A stretch of 64,000 nucleotides of DNA from an uncultured Acidobacteriota bacterium (lineage in GTDB: Bacteria > Acidobacteriota > Vicinamibacteria > Vicinamibacterales > 2-12-FULL-66-21): the NCBI GenBank assembly GCA_963750915.1, contig CAVVSF010000002.1, positions 394,303-458,302 on the forward strand, given 5' to 3'. Under the pieces are notes generated by a model. The model did not search any database, was not told where the DNA came from, and worked only from the letters and a program-made list of their open reading frames with translations. Positions 32,890 to 41,595 of this stretch are shown here, one piece after another. The position numbers and the translations under genes were made by a program. Numbering within the stretch: position 1 is the stretch's first letter; each line of letters opens with the position of its first letter.

Positions 32890-33778
32890 CTACCGCTCCG
32901 GCGTGAACGCGCCGGTTCCCGTCGGCTCGAAGTACCTGCGCGCGCGTGGTTCGCTGCGCGCGCCAGGGAACGGTAATCGTCGGCTGGTTGGCCGGCGTCA
33001 TTTTGACGCTGCCGTTGATCTCGTTGCCGGCAACCTTGCCGGTGAATTCATGCTGCGTCTGGCCGATGCTCTCGAGGGTAATCGTCAGCGAGAAGGCGAT
33101 GTCCTCGCCGCGCAGCTTCGTCGACTGCAGGACCTCGCGTCGATCGCCGGCGCGGGCGACGCCTTCGAGCTTCTGGAACCGCTGCTCGAGCAGGACCGAT
33201 TCCTGGAAGCGCCGCCCGGCGGCCTGCAGCTCCCATTCCCAGTTGCCGGCGACCCTGGCCGGCACGACCCAGAGATAGATGGGCGCCCCGTCGATGCTCT
33301 GCTGGTCCGGCTCCCAGGTGCCCAGATCCCACGTGCTCGTGAGCACGCGCGTGCCCGGGCGCGCCCGCTCGAGGATTACCGGCCGCAGCAGCCGCATCAG
33401 CTCGGGGAACAGCCACATCGTGACGACGGTCGCGTCGCCGAGCTCGGCGTCGAAGGCGTTCTGGTGCTCGAACCGGACCCGATCGCCGACGCCCTCGCTT
33501 TTTGCCCGTTCGTTCGACTGGGTCACGAGCTTCGCATCGATATCGACGCCGCGCCCGCGCAGCTTCGCGTTCATCTTCGCCGCGGTCAGCGGGATCAGGC
33601 CGTCACCGGAGCCGAGGTCGACCACGACGTCGTCGTCGCGCAGGGCGGCGAGCTTGAGCATGCGCTCGACGCTCTCGGGCGTGCTGGCCTGGAAGAACGA
33701 GAAACGTTCCTGGCCATGTCCGGGCAGGATGACGCAGAGGACGAACAGCGTGACGAGGGCGGCAACGCGATTCAGCAT
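32890..33778 (-). CDS. class I SAM-dependent methyltransferase with extra C-terminal domain; C-terminus apparently frame-broken
   Basis: Signal/anchor MLNRVAALVTLFVLCVILPG. SAM motif VVVDLGSGDGLI. As assembled, the ORF runs on to 32288 as R/G/A-rich junk across the DUF3237 gene. A +1 shift inside the (CG)n run at about 32938-32965 gives ...RRYFEPTGTGAFTPER-stop at 32890-32892. Confidence 0.7.
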
Positions 33779-34055
33779 CGCAGTATTGTGTAGCAGAATC
33801 CGGGCATCCCAACGTTGCCAGACACGAGGCCGAGTGTTGTGGTTGGCTCGGCCGTTCTGCTGTCGTTCGCCCCAAGCGTACGTTGCCGATGACGGGGTCG
33901 CAGTGCCGGGAGTGTTGAGAGAAGAGCTGCGCCGCCGAGTTACGCCGGCAGAAAACAAACTTACACACGCGGAAATCGCCGCGACGCAGAGCTTGTGCGA
34001 TAGTCCAGTCGTGGAAGTACTAGGCCGTTCGCGCTCCGGGGCGCTTCGGGGCGCA

Positions 34056-34535
34056 GTGCATGTCGTGCTCGTCCATCCCGAGATTCACTGGAACACCGGC
34101 AACGCCGGCCGGACGTGTTTGGCCGCCGGCGCCACCTTGCACCTGATCGAGCCGCTGGGCTTCTCTCTGGCGGAGCGGCAGGTCCGGCGCGCCGGGCTCG
34201 ACTACTGGGACAACGTCGATCTGAGGGTCTGGCCGGACTGGCCGTCGTTCGAGCTGGCTCTGCCGCAGCTTGGCGAGCCGTTCTTCTTGTCCACGAAGGC
34301 GGAGCGCCCGTTATGGGAGGCGCCGCTCGGCGTCGTGGAGGACGTCGTCCTCGTCTTCGGTCGCGAAACGGCCGGCCTGCCGGCGGAGCTGCACGATCGG
34401 TATCGCGATCGCTTCGTCGGTCTGCCGATCCTGTCGCCGCACGTACGATCGCTGAACCTGTCGACCAGCGTCGGCATCGCCGTCTACGAAGTGCTCAGGC
34501 AGCGGCGCGGGCAGGAGCCGCGTCGGGACGTCTGA
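34056..34535 (+). CDS. trmL: tRNA (cytidine/uridine-2'-O)-methyltransferase TrmL (SpoU/TrmH fold)
   Basis: HVVLVHPEIHWNTGNAGRTCLAAGATLHLIEPLGF...RRAGLDYW...LVFGRETAGLP...SLNLSTSVGIAVYE matches E. coli TrmL as recalled from memory. GTG start at 34056; GTG at 34011 is an alternative. Confidence 0.85.
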   Translation: MHVVLVHPEIHWNTGNAGRTCLAAGATLHLIEPLGFSLAERQVRRAGLDYWDNVDLRVWPDWPSFELALPQLGEPFFLSTKAERPLWEAPLGVVEDVVLVFGRETAGLPAELHDRYRDRFVGLPILSPHVRSLNLSTSVGIAVYEVLRQRRGQEPRRDV

Positions 34536-34622
34536 TCGTCTTCGACGGAACATTTCCGGCCCCCGCGTCGTTGAGGTGTAACAGTCGTTCGTCCGTCTAC
34601 CTCGCGCCCGCAGGAGGTCTCA

Positions 34623-34988
34623 ATGTTGTTTGCGATTGCCAGCCTTTCGCTGGCGCTCCTGGTTGGAGCGCCGGCCGACGTCACGGGAACGTGGGAAGGA
34701 ACGTTGACGGGGCAGCGTCCCGACGGGACGACCTCCGAGGACTCGGCCTACATGGTGCTCGAGCAGAAGGGCACGTCGGTCACGGGGACGGTTGGCGGTA
34801 ACGTCAACGATCAGCATCCGATCACGAGCGGCTCGCTCGAAGGAGCGAAGTTGACGCTTCTCGCCAAGAACGCCAACAACGATCGTGAATACAAGATTGA
34901 GCTGACGCTCGACGGGGATGTGATGAAAGGCACGGTGACGACCGGCGAGCGCTCGGGCCAGGTCTCTCTGAAGCGATTGAAACAGTGA
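34623..34988 (+). CDS. small secreted beta-rich hypothetical protein
   Basis: Signal peptide MLFAIASLSLALLVGAPA. AGGAGG upstream. No family recognised. Confidence 0.6.
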   Translation: MLFAIASLSLALLVGAPADVTGTWEGTLTGQRPDGTTSEDSAYMVLEQKGTSVTGTVGGNVNDQHPITSGSLEGAKLTLLAKNANNDREYKIELTLDGDVMKGTVTTGERSGQVSLKRLKQ

Positions 34989-35032
34989 ACGGAGAGTAAC
35001 TTCGTGGGTGGGGGCTCAGGCCTCCGCCCTCG

Positions 35033-36667
35033 TCACTGGCGGTACGGTGCGAAATCCTGCCAGAGCTGGGCGACGATCTTCGGGTCCACCACCTGCGTGT
35101 CGGCCTTCGCCGGTTCCTTCTCGGAATACAACTCCAGCTTGACCACGCCGCAGTCGGGACTGAAGGCGGCAGCATCGAACGCGTACAGTCCCTCATAGAC
35201 GGCCTCCGTCTCGGAGATGCGCTGCTCGATCTTGAAGGGGTGAACCGGCTTCACCTCGACGGCGCCGCAGTAGGCGCGGAGATGCAGGAAGCCCGGGGCC
35301 AGCCGCTTGAACGGCGGCAGCGCGACCCCCTGGGTGCGGGCGGCGTATCGTCCCACCCGGGTCCAGAACCCTTCGACGAATCGCGGCGTCACGCGCACGA
35401 GCAGGACCGGCGGGAAATCGCCGACGTAGTCGGTCCACACGCCGAAGTCGAGCAGTGATTGCAGCCGCTCCGGCGCCGGCGCGCTGGTGCCGCCGGCGAG
35501 ACTGCGCTGGCCCCGCTGGTTCGCCTGCTCCTGCGCGGCGAACGTGAGCAGCGGAGTGATGAACGCAACCTCGAACGTCGGCGACGTCAGGGTCAGCGGC
35601 GTCAGGTTGCCGGCAAACCGCTTGGCCGCGTCTTTGAGCGCCGCGGCCGGGAACGGCCGTTCCGGGTCCACTGGCAGCAGCGCACCGTCCGGCGCGGCAA
35701 TCGGCTTGGCCGCGTTCACGGCGGCGGCCACTGTCTCGCACACGTTGCCGCGGCGTATCAGCGGCACCGTCGAACGCCCGACGCGATCCTGACGCTCCAC
35801 GATAGACGTGATGCCGACGATGTCGCCGCTCGAGTCGAAGACCGGCCCACCGGCCCCGCCGCGGGCGAGGATGAAGTCGGACCACAGGCCGTCGGCGTCG
35901 CTCCGCGTCACCATTCCCCGCGTCAACGTTGTCGCCCGCCGCATCGGGGCGCTGATGGTGTAGATGTCCTGGCCGTCGGTGAGCGGGGCTTTCGGGACCT
36001 GGCATGTGAGCGGCGCCGGGCGGAGCGCGGCAGCTACCTTGGCGTCGATGCGCAGGACGGCGACATCGCGGTCGCGATCCGAGACGAGAACCGCCGCCGC
36101 AACCTTGACGGCCGGCGTCAGCTGCACCTCCACCACGGTGGCCGTGCCGACGAGGCGCTGGCTCGTGACGATCAGCCCGCTGGCGTCCACCGCGAACCCG
36201 CTGCCTCGCGACGTCGGCGTCCAGATCGCAACGATGCTGTCCTTGTTGCGCGGCAGCAGGAAGCCGGGGTCGGAGGCGGGAGCGCCAGACGCATCGGCCG
36301 GCGCGGCCGCGGCGACTTCGGCGTTGTCGAGGGTCAGCTGGAGGATGGTGTCGCGGCCGGCAGCAATGTCGATATCCTGCCGCCACTCGTACGACTTTCC
36401 GTCCAGCGCGACCGGCTGGTCGGACTCCACCGTGTAGTTGCCCGGACGAAGCCTGACCGTCGCGGTGCCGTCGAGCGAGGTGACGACGCGCCGCGGCGGC
36501 GCGCTGGCCGGGTTGTCGCTGATGAGAAGGGCGTGCCTGGGCACCGGCGCCGGCTTGCGGTCCGCATCGACCAGCACCACCTTGATCTGCAGCACACCGA
36601 CGTCCTGCCAGGACCCCGTGTGCACGGCGGCGACAAAGGCCGCCGCCACGATGACGATGCGCAGCAT
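35033..36667 (-). CDS. secreted trypsin-fold (HtrA/Trypsin_2-like) pseudo-protease with N-terminal CarboxypepD_reg-like domain
   Basis: Signal peptide MLRIVIVAAAFVAAV. Ig-like beta domain (TATVRLRPGNYTVES). The protease fold aligns to DegP motifs. The His position reads TSQRLV (Arg171) and the Ser position reads GGAGGP (Ala272). Asp is retained (DRDVAVLRI). Confidence 0.7.
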   Translation of the reverse strand: MLRIVIVAAAFVAAVHTGSWQDVGVLQIKVVLVDADRKPAPVPRHALLISDNPASAPPRRVVTSLDGTATVRLRPGNYTVESDQPVALDGKSYEWRQDIDIAAGRDTILQLTLDNAEVAAAAPADASGAPASDPGFLLPRNKDSIVAIWTPTSRGSGFAVDASGLIVTSQRLVGTATVVEVQLTPAVKVAAAVLVSDRDRDVAVLRIDAKVAAALRPAPLTCQVPKAPLTDGQDIYTISAPMRRATTLTRGMVTRSDADGLWSDFILARGGAGGPVFDSSGDIVGITSIVERQDRVGRSTVPLIRRGNVCETVAAAVNAAKPIAAPDGALLPVDPERPFPAAALKDAAKRFAGNLTPLTLTSPTFEVAFITPLLTFAAQEQANQRGQRSLAGGTSAPAPERLQSLLDFGVWTDYVGDFPPVLLVRVTPRFVEGFWTRVGRYAARTQGVALPPFKRLAPGFLHLRAYCGAVEVKPVHPFKIEQRISETEAVYEGLYAFDAAAFSPDCGVVKLELYSEKEPAKADTQVVDPKIVAQLWQDFAPYRQ

Positions 36668-36727
36668 GGCTCATCGTCTCTGCGCGGCCCGCGGATGTCA
36701 ACGCGCGATGAGCGCGAGCGGGAACGG

Positions 36728-37624
36728 CTACTTGCGTCCCGCCTGGCGGTAGGAGCGAATCAGCTGCAGATCCTGTTCTGCCGCCGGGTAGGAAGGCAGG
36801 CCTCGAGCCTTGGCGGCCTTGATCGCCGCGACGACGAAGAATTCGGCCGCCTCGAGCTCCCGCTCGAGAATCAAGACGCTGCCGAGGCCATTGAGCGCCG
36901 CCGGATCGGCCGGATCAATTGCCAGCGAGTCGAAGAAGCGGCGCTCCGCGTCGACGAGCAGCGGATCCGCGGGTGCGCGACCGGCCTGGATCGCATCCCA
37001 GTGCTTCAGCATGTAGGCGTTCTTCTGATGGTAGCCATCGAGGTTGACGACGACCGGATCGAACGGCCAGGCTCGCGTCGCTTTCGTCATCACGTCGTCG
37101 AGCAGTTGCTGCAGCTCCGAGGCTTTGTCGAGATCGCGCGCGAGCAGCGCGTCCGTCATGAGCTGCTGGCCGTTGGCGGTAGTCGCGATGGCTTCGGCCA
37201 GGTCGGCCGACTCGCTGCGCATCGGCGGGAGCACGTTGTTGCGCGCCGCCGGCGCCTCCCGTACCGCGCGCGTCACCCGCTCGAGGCTGGCGCGGCTGCC
37301 GCGGCCGAGCGGCATGTACACCGTCGACTGCAGGCACTGCGGCAACAACGTGTCGTCGAGCTTGCAGGGGACGATGAACTTGTCGAGGTGGTACGCCGTC
37401 AGCCATTCGGCATTGATCCAGCGCGACTGCGACGCCGGCTTCGACCAGAGCAGGACCACGGTTCGGGATCGGCCGATCTGCTTTTGCAGCTCGCTGCGAA
37501 GCAGGGCGCCGAGATTCAGGTCCGAATCGTCGAGCCAGGCCTCCAGGCCGGCGGTGGCCAGAGCCGCCTCGACCTTTCGTGCCAGGAGGCGGTTCTTCGA
37601 AGAGTGAGAGATGAATGCGTCCAT
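36728..37624 (-). CDS. TIR domain protein with C-terminal TPR-like helical repeats
   Basis: N-terminus DAFISHSSKNRLLARKVEAALATAGLEAWLDDSDL...RTVVLLWSKPASQSRWINAEW is a TIR fold and retains the conserved Glu (E73). C-terminal helical repeats (ALNGLGSVLILERELEAAEFFVVAAIKAAK). AGGAG Shine-Dalgarno. No signal peptide. Confidence 0.8.
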   Translation of the reverse strand: MDAFISHSSKNRLLARKVEAALATAGLEAWLDDSDLNLGALLRSELQKQIGRSRTVVLLWSKPASQSRWINAEWLTAYHLDKFIVPCKLDDTLLPQCLQSTVYMPLGRGSRASLERVTRAVREAPAARNNVLPPMRSESADLAEAIATTANGQQLMTDALLARDLDKASELQQLLDDVMTKATRAWPFDPVVVNLDGYHQKNAYMLKHWDAIQAGRAPADPLLVDAERRFFDSLAIDPADPAALNGLGSVLILERELEAAEFFVVAAIKAAKARGLPSYPAAEQDLQLIRSYRQAGRK

Positions 37625-37822
37625 GTCGGTGCTCCTGCCGATCTGCCGCTCCAGACCCGTACCTCGGCCGCCCGGGGCCGTCCCGTCGCCCTGTTTAACG
37701 CCATTGCCAGCCAGAGGGAGCCAGTCTCAGGAACTCCTAAGGAAGTGGTCACAACTGCGGGCGGCCCCGACGCGTAAAGTGAGGGCAGGCGCCGGGAAGC
37801 AGACATCCGCAGGAGGTTCGCC

Positions 37823-38083
37823 ATGACGACCGTCACATTGAGCAAGGGATGCCAGGTGTTTGCACTGGGTATCGACAGCCTGAAGAAGCAGATTCGAGAG
37901 AAGGAGAGCCAGATTCGCCGGGACCAGGCCCTGATCGAAAAGCTTCAGAGCCTGCCCGATGCGGATCCGGAGATCATCGCGGAGCTGAGGAGCCGGATTG
38001 CCAGGCTCGAGGACGAGATCGAGAACTCCGACCGGCCGCAGCTGAACGCGTTCGAAGAAGAGTTCGCCGCCTCGTGCCGGTGA
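37823..38083 (+). CDS. small coiled-coil hypothetical protein (86 aa)
   Basis: AGGAGG lies 6 nt before the ATG. Heptad-rich charged sequence (LKKQIREKESQIRRDQALIEKLQ...RSRIARLEDEIEN). Visibly less GC-rich than its neighbours. Confidence 0.65.
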   Translation: MTTVTLSKGCQVFALGIDSLKKQIREKESQIRRDQALIEKLQSLPDADPEIIAELRSRIARLEDEIENSDRPQLNAFEEEFAASCR

Positions 38084-38102
38084 GGCGGCGAACCGCAGCC
38101 GT

Positions 38103-38984
38103 CTACTTCAGCAGGAATCGCTTCACATACTCGGCACTGTCAGCGACGCTCTGGAACGGGTCGTGGGTGAAGTTGCCGCCCTGCTCGACGAAGAAGTGCT
38201 TCAGGCCGGCGAGCTTGGCATCCGGCCAGATTTTCGTGAAGTCGATGCTGCCGTTTCCGAGCTCGGTGTAATCGCGGCTCACGCGGTGCATGTCCTTGAC
38301 GTGCCACATCACGTAGCGGCCGGGCTGGCGCTTGAACCACTCATGGGGCGAGAGCTTCGAGCCGTGGGCGATCCAATACAGGTCCATCTGCAGTTTGACG
38401 AGCGACGCGTCGGTTTCCGACAGGATGATCTCGTAACCCGTCTGGCCGTTGTGGTCGACGAACTCGAAGTCGTGGTTATGGTAGGCGACCTGCATTCCGG
38501 CCTGCTTCGCCATCGTGCCCGCGACGTTCAAGCGTTCGGCGACGACCTTGAAGCGCTCGATCGTGCGCGAGTCCTCGTCGATGAGGGGCCATGTGATGTA
38601 GGTCTGACCGAGCAGCCGGGCCCCTTCGATGCACCGCTCGACGTATCGCTTCAGGTCGTCGACGCTGGTAGTGACGAAGCGATTGAGATCGTAGTGCCCG
38701 CTTGGCGTGGTGATGTTGTGGTCGCCCAGGCGTTGCGCGAACTCCTTGCCGGCGAGCCCGTAGAAGCGAAGCGCCTGGGGGTCGAAACCGTAGGTCTCGA
38801 CCTCCTGGTAGCCGAGGCCGGCGATTCGCTTCAGCGTGCCGTCGACGTCGCGCGCCATCGCGGCGCGAAGCGTGTAGAGCTGAAGGCCCATCTTGTAGCG
38901 GGGCGCCTGGAGGGGCGGCCAGGCCATTGCCGCGGACGTCAGCGTCGCGGCCTGCTTGATGAACGCGCGGCGGGTGGTGCGCAT
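38103..38984 (-). CDS. TAT-exported sugar phosphate isomerase/epimerase (xylose isomerase-like TIM barrel)
   Basis: Twin-arginine leader MRTTRRAFIKQAATLTSAAMA. TIM-barrel pattern (GYQEVE...YHNHDFEF...FFVEQ). Confidence 0.75.
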   Translation of the reverse strand: MRTTRRAFIKQAATLTSAAMAWPPLQAPRYKMGLQLYTLRAAMARDVDGTLKRIAGLGYQEVETYGFDPQALRFYGLAGKEFAQRLGDHNITTPSGHYDLNRFVTTSVDDLKRYVERCIEGARLLGQTYITWPLIDEDSRTIERFKVVAERLNVAGTMAKQAGMQVAYHNHDFEFVDHNGQTGYEIILSETDASLVKLQMDLYWIAHGSKLSPHEWFKRQPGRYVMWHVKDMHRVSRDYTELGNGSIDFTKIWPDAKLAGLKHFFVEQGGNFTHDPFQSVADSAEYVKRFLLK

Positions 38985-39106
38985 TTCAGCTCCTGTCAGT
39001 CGCGTCTAATCGCGGATGAGATTGACGCACAGCATACCCCCAACCGCGCGCGACGCGAAGCTCGCGATAGCGCGCTCGGCTACATCGCCTCCAATACCGC
39101 GCTCGG

Positions 39107-40063
39107 CTAAATAGCCTCGAGGTCCCGCGCCAGCCTGCCGGCGATCGACCAGACCGCATCGGCCTGCTCGTCGCTGATGCCCACGCCCAGACTCGGCACC
39201 ATCCCGCCCTGGCGCGCGTTCCTCGCGCCGACGATGACGCCAGTCAGTCCGGGCGTATGCAGGAGCGCACCGACGCAGAGCTGGGCGACGCTCAGGCCGC
39301 CGCGGGTTGCGACCGCGCGAACTTCGTCGACCGCCTGAAGGTGGCGCTGGAAGCGCGGCCCCGAGTAGTCCTTGTGCGCCGACCGGCCGTCGTCGTTCGG
39401 AAAGGTCTTGTCGCGTTCCCAGGTTCCGAAGAGCATGCCGCGAAAGAGCGGCGAATAGGAGATTGCGCCGACGTTGTTCGCAGCGCACCACGGCAGCACG
39501 TCGTGCTTCACCGCCGGCCGGAGGATGCTGTAAGGAGGCTGATCGGAGTGGAGCGGCACGCCGGTCGCACGCCACTCCTCGAGCTGGGCGACCGAAAAGT
39601 TCGAGACGCCGATCGCGGCAATCTTTCCTGCCTCGAGCAGGGCGCCGCAGGCGGCGGCGGTTTCCGCGATCGGCTGCGGCGCCGGCCAGTGGAGCTGGTA
39701 GAGATCGATCCGTTCGACGCCGAGCCGGCGCAGGCTGGCATCGCACTCCGCGGCGACGTCAGCGGCCGAGGCCGACCGATTCGGATTGTTGCTGTCGATG
39801 CCGAGGCCGAACTTGGTGAAGACGAGCGGCCGTCGTCCCGCCGGCAGCGCCTTCACGGCGCGGCCGACGACTTCCTCCGAGTGCCCGGATCCGTAGATCG
39901 GCGCAGTATCGATCCAGTTGACGCCGTGGTCCACCGCCGCGTGAATCGCGTCGGCGCTTTCCTTGTCGTCCTGGCCGCCCCACATGTGGCCGCCGACGGC
40001 CCACGTGCCCAAACCGATGGTCGAGATCTCGAGTCCGCTGCTGCCCAGGGTTCGTCGCTGCAT
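39107..40063 (-). CDS. aldo/keto reductase
   Basis: MQRRTLGSSGLEISTIGLGTWAVGG...IDTAPIYGSGHSEE...IDLYQLHWP. Confidence 0.9.
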   Translation of the reverse strand: MQRRTLGSSGLEISTIGLGTWAVGGHMWGGQDDKESADAIHAAVDHGVNWIDTAPIYGSGHSEEVVGRAVKALPAGRRPLVFTKFGLGIDSNNPNRSASAADVAAECDASLRRLGVERIDLYQLHWPAPQPIAETAAACGALLEAGKIAAIGVSNFSVAQLEEWRATGVPLHSDQPPYSILRPAVKHDVLPWCAANNVGAISYSPLFRGMLFGTWERDKTFPNDDGRSAHKDYSGPRFQRHLQAVDEVRAVATRGGLSVAQLCVGALLHTPGLTGVIVGARNARQGGMVPSLGVGISDEQADAVWSIAGRLARDLEAI

Positions 40064-40148
40064 GTACGCTCCTGCGCTCGATCATATTGCAGGGGAGTGG
40101 ACCAGGCAGGAAGAAGAAAAGGTGGGGGAGAGGAAGACAGGAAAGAGT

Positions 40149-40174
40149 GCGGCCGGGGCGACGGCCCCGGCCGC
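40149..40174 (-). terminator. stem-loop downstream of the gene 40199-40729
   Basis: GCGGCCGGGGC-GACG-GCCCCGGCCGC gives an 11-bp stem. On the minus strand it is followed by the T/C-rich tract ACTCTTTCCTGTCTTCC. Confidence 0.55.
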
Positions 40175-40198
40175 ATGCGACGACACAACGAGTCTTGG

Positions 40199-40729
40199 CT
40201 AGTTGCTGGCGATCTCTGCGAGATCCGATTTCGCCTCGGATCGGGCGCGCGCGACTTCGGCCTTCGCGTCGACGTCCGGCTTGTACTCCCCGATGGCGTC
40301 GGTCAGCGACCGTCCTTCGTTGAGCACCTGGTGCTTCAGCACCATGAACGGAACGCCGGTGTTGCGCGCGGCGTGCGCCACGGTCGCGAACTGCTCGGCG
40401 GACGTGAACCCTTCCGCCGCGATCTCCAGCTTGGCGCCGCGGTTCAGTACCGGCTTCAGGCGCGCATGCAGCCGCGGCTCACTCGCCGCGACCGCGCTGA
40501 CCGGCGCGGATTCGCGCGGCGCTTCCGCCGCCACCGGCCGCACCGATCTGGCCCGCGCCGTACGCGCCGCTGGCTTCGCCGCCGCCGGCTCAGTCACGAC
40601 CGCAGGCGCTTCGACGACTGACTCGCTTTTATCCGACATCCGATCCGTAATCGACGGACCGATTGCAACGCCGAGTGCGACGGCTCCGACGAACCCGGCC
40701 GTCAGCGCGAACGCTTTACCAACCGTCAT
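40199..40729 (-). CDS. membrane-anchored hypothetical protein
   Basis: N-terminal TM helix (AFALTAGFVGAVALGVAIG). Ala/Pro-rich linker. Conserved-looking C-terminal domain. No family recognised. Confidence 0.55.
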   Translation of the reverse strand: MTVGKAFALTAGFVGAVALGVAIGPSITDRMSDKSESVVEAPAVVTEPAAAKPAARTARARSVRPVAAEAPRESAPVSAVAASEPRLHARLKPVLNRGAKLEIAAEGFTSAEQFATVAHAARNTGVPFMVLKHQVLNEGRSLTDAIGEYKPDVDAKAEVARARSEAKSDLAEIASN

Positions 40730-40855
40730 GAGTTGTGCTCCCTCCGTCTGACTCAGCGGCCCTATTACCGCTCACCGTGAAGAGTGCAAGAAGCGTGACC
40801 ACCAAGCTGGGCCGCGGACATTCGCCGACTATTCGATGAGCTCCAAGCCCAGGTG

Positions 40856-40941
40856 AAGGCTCAGGGCTCACGGCTCAAGGCTCAGGGGGCGCAAGGCTCA
40901 GGGCTAGAGCTGAAAGCTGACGGCTGAGAGCTGAAAGCTGA
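40856..40941. repeat. degenerate heptanucleotide tandem repeat, (GGCTCAN)x4 then (NRGCTGA)x5
   Basis: GGCTCA occurs at 40858, 40865, 40872 and 40879, and again at 40895. GAGCTGA, AAGCTGA, CGGCTGA, GAGCTGA and AAGCTGA run from 40907 to 40941. The 7-nt period places TGA in all three frames: on the + strand in block 2 and on the - strand in block 1. Confidence 0.85.
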
Positions 40942-41069
40942 CAGGCCTGTCGGCTTCTGCCGCCCGTTCTCGATCTGTAGAGACAAGCGAGTTTTTGGGA
41001 ATGCCCGGGCAGCGCGAAGTCAATCGACGGCCGCGCCGGACCTGGGCTCGCGCGAGGAGCACACAAGCC

Positions 41070-41552
41070 ATGCCGGACAAGAGGGAAAGCTATCAGCCGA
41101 CGACGACCGCGATGGCGTCGGTCGCGGCGAACGACATGCCGAGCCAGAAGTCGATCGATCTGCTGATTCGACTGCTGCAGGAGTTCGATGCCCGCTCATC
41201 GTCAACGACATCGAACCTGCCGCCGGAGGTCGAGCGCGCGGTCGCCGAGGCCAACGCGGCATTCGATTCGATCAAGGCCAGCCTCCAGCTTCTCGAGAGC
41301 CCGGTGACGATCGCCGAGGTAGTGCCGAGTCGTGGCAGCAGGTCCGGCCAGACGCGCGTCAGGCTCATCGGGTCGCACTTCGTGTCTGGAGCGACGGTGC
41401 TGTTCGGCACGAAGCCGGCCACCGAGGTCTCGGTCGGCTTGACGGAGATCGTGGCAACCACGCCGGAGAACGACCCGTGCACCGTCGACGTCGTCGTCCA
41501 CACGCTGGCCGGGGCGGCGATCAAGTCGGGGGGCTTCACGTATCACAGCTAG
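41070..41552 (+). CDS. IPT/TIG domain protein with helical N-terminal region, no signal peptide
   Basis: GAGGAG lies about 10 nt upstream of the ATG at 41070. C-terminal IPT/TIG pattern (VTIAEVVPSRGSRSGQTRVRLIGSHFVSGATVLFGTKPATEVSV...TVDVVVHT...GGFTY). Confidence 0.8.
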   Translation: MPDKRESYQPTTTAMASVAANDMPSQKSIDLLIRLLQEFDARSSSTTSNLPPEVERAVAEANAAFDSIKASLQLLESPVTIAEVVPSRGSRSGQTRVRLIGSHFVSGATVLFGTKPATEVSVGLTEIVATTPENDPCTVDVVVHTLAGAAIKSGGFTYHS

Positions 41553-41595
41553 CGCTCGCCGCTGGCGACATACGTCAGGCCATTCAGGAGGCAAC

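Noticed and set aside
40856-40941. Considered whether the repeat region is a CRISPR array or is coding (ORF 40875-41066 minus, with LSALSRQLSALALSLAP).
   Set aside because: The repeat unit is 7 nt with no spacers, so it is not CRISPR. The ORF's repetitive translation is simply the heptad read through, and it has no Shine-Dalgarno or start context.
40998-41024. GGAAT-N17-TCAAT as an ECF-type promoter for the cluster, considered as a stand-alone feature call.
   Set aside because: The target consensus for this ECF class is not known to me. The motif upstream of the sigma gene itself has different spacing. I kept it only as a caveat inside the ECF finding.
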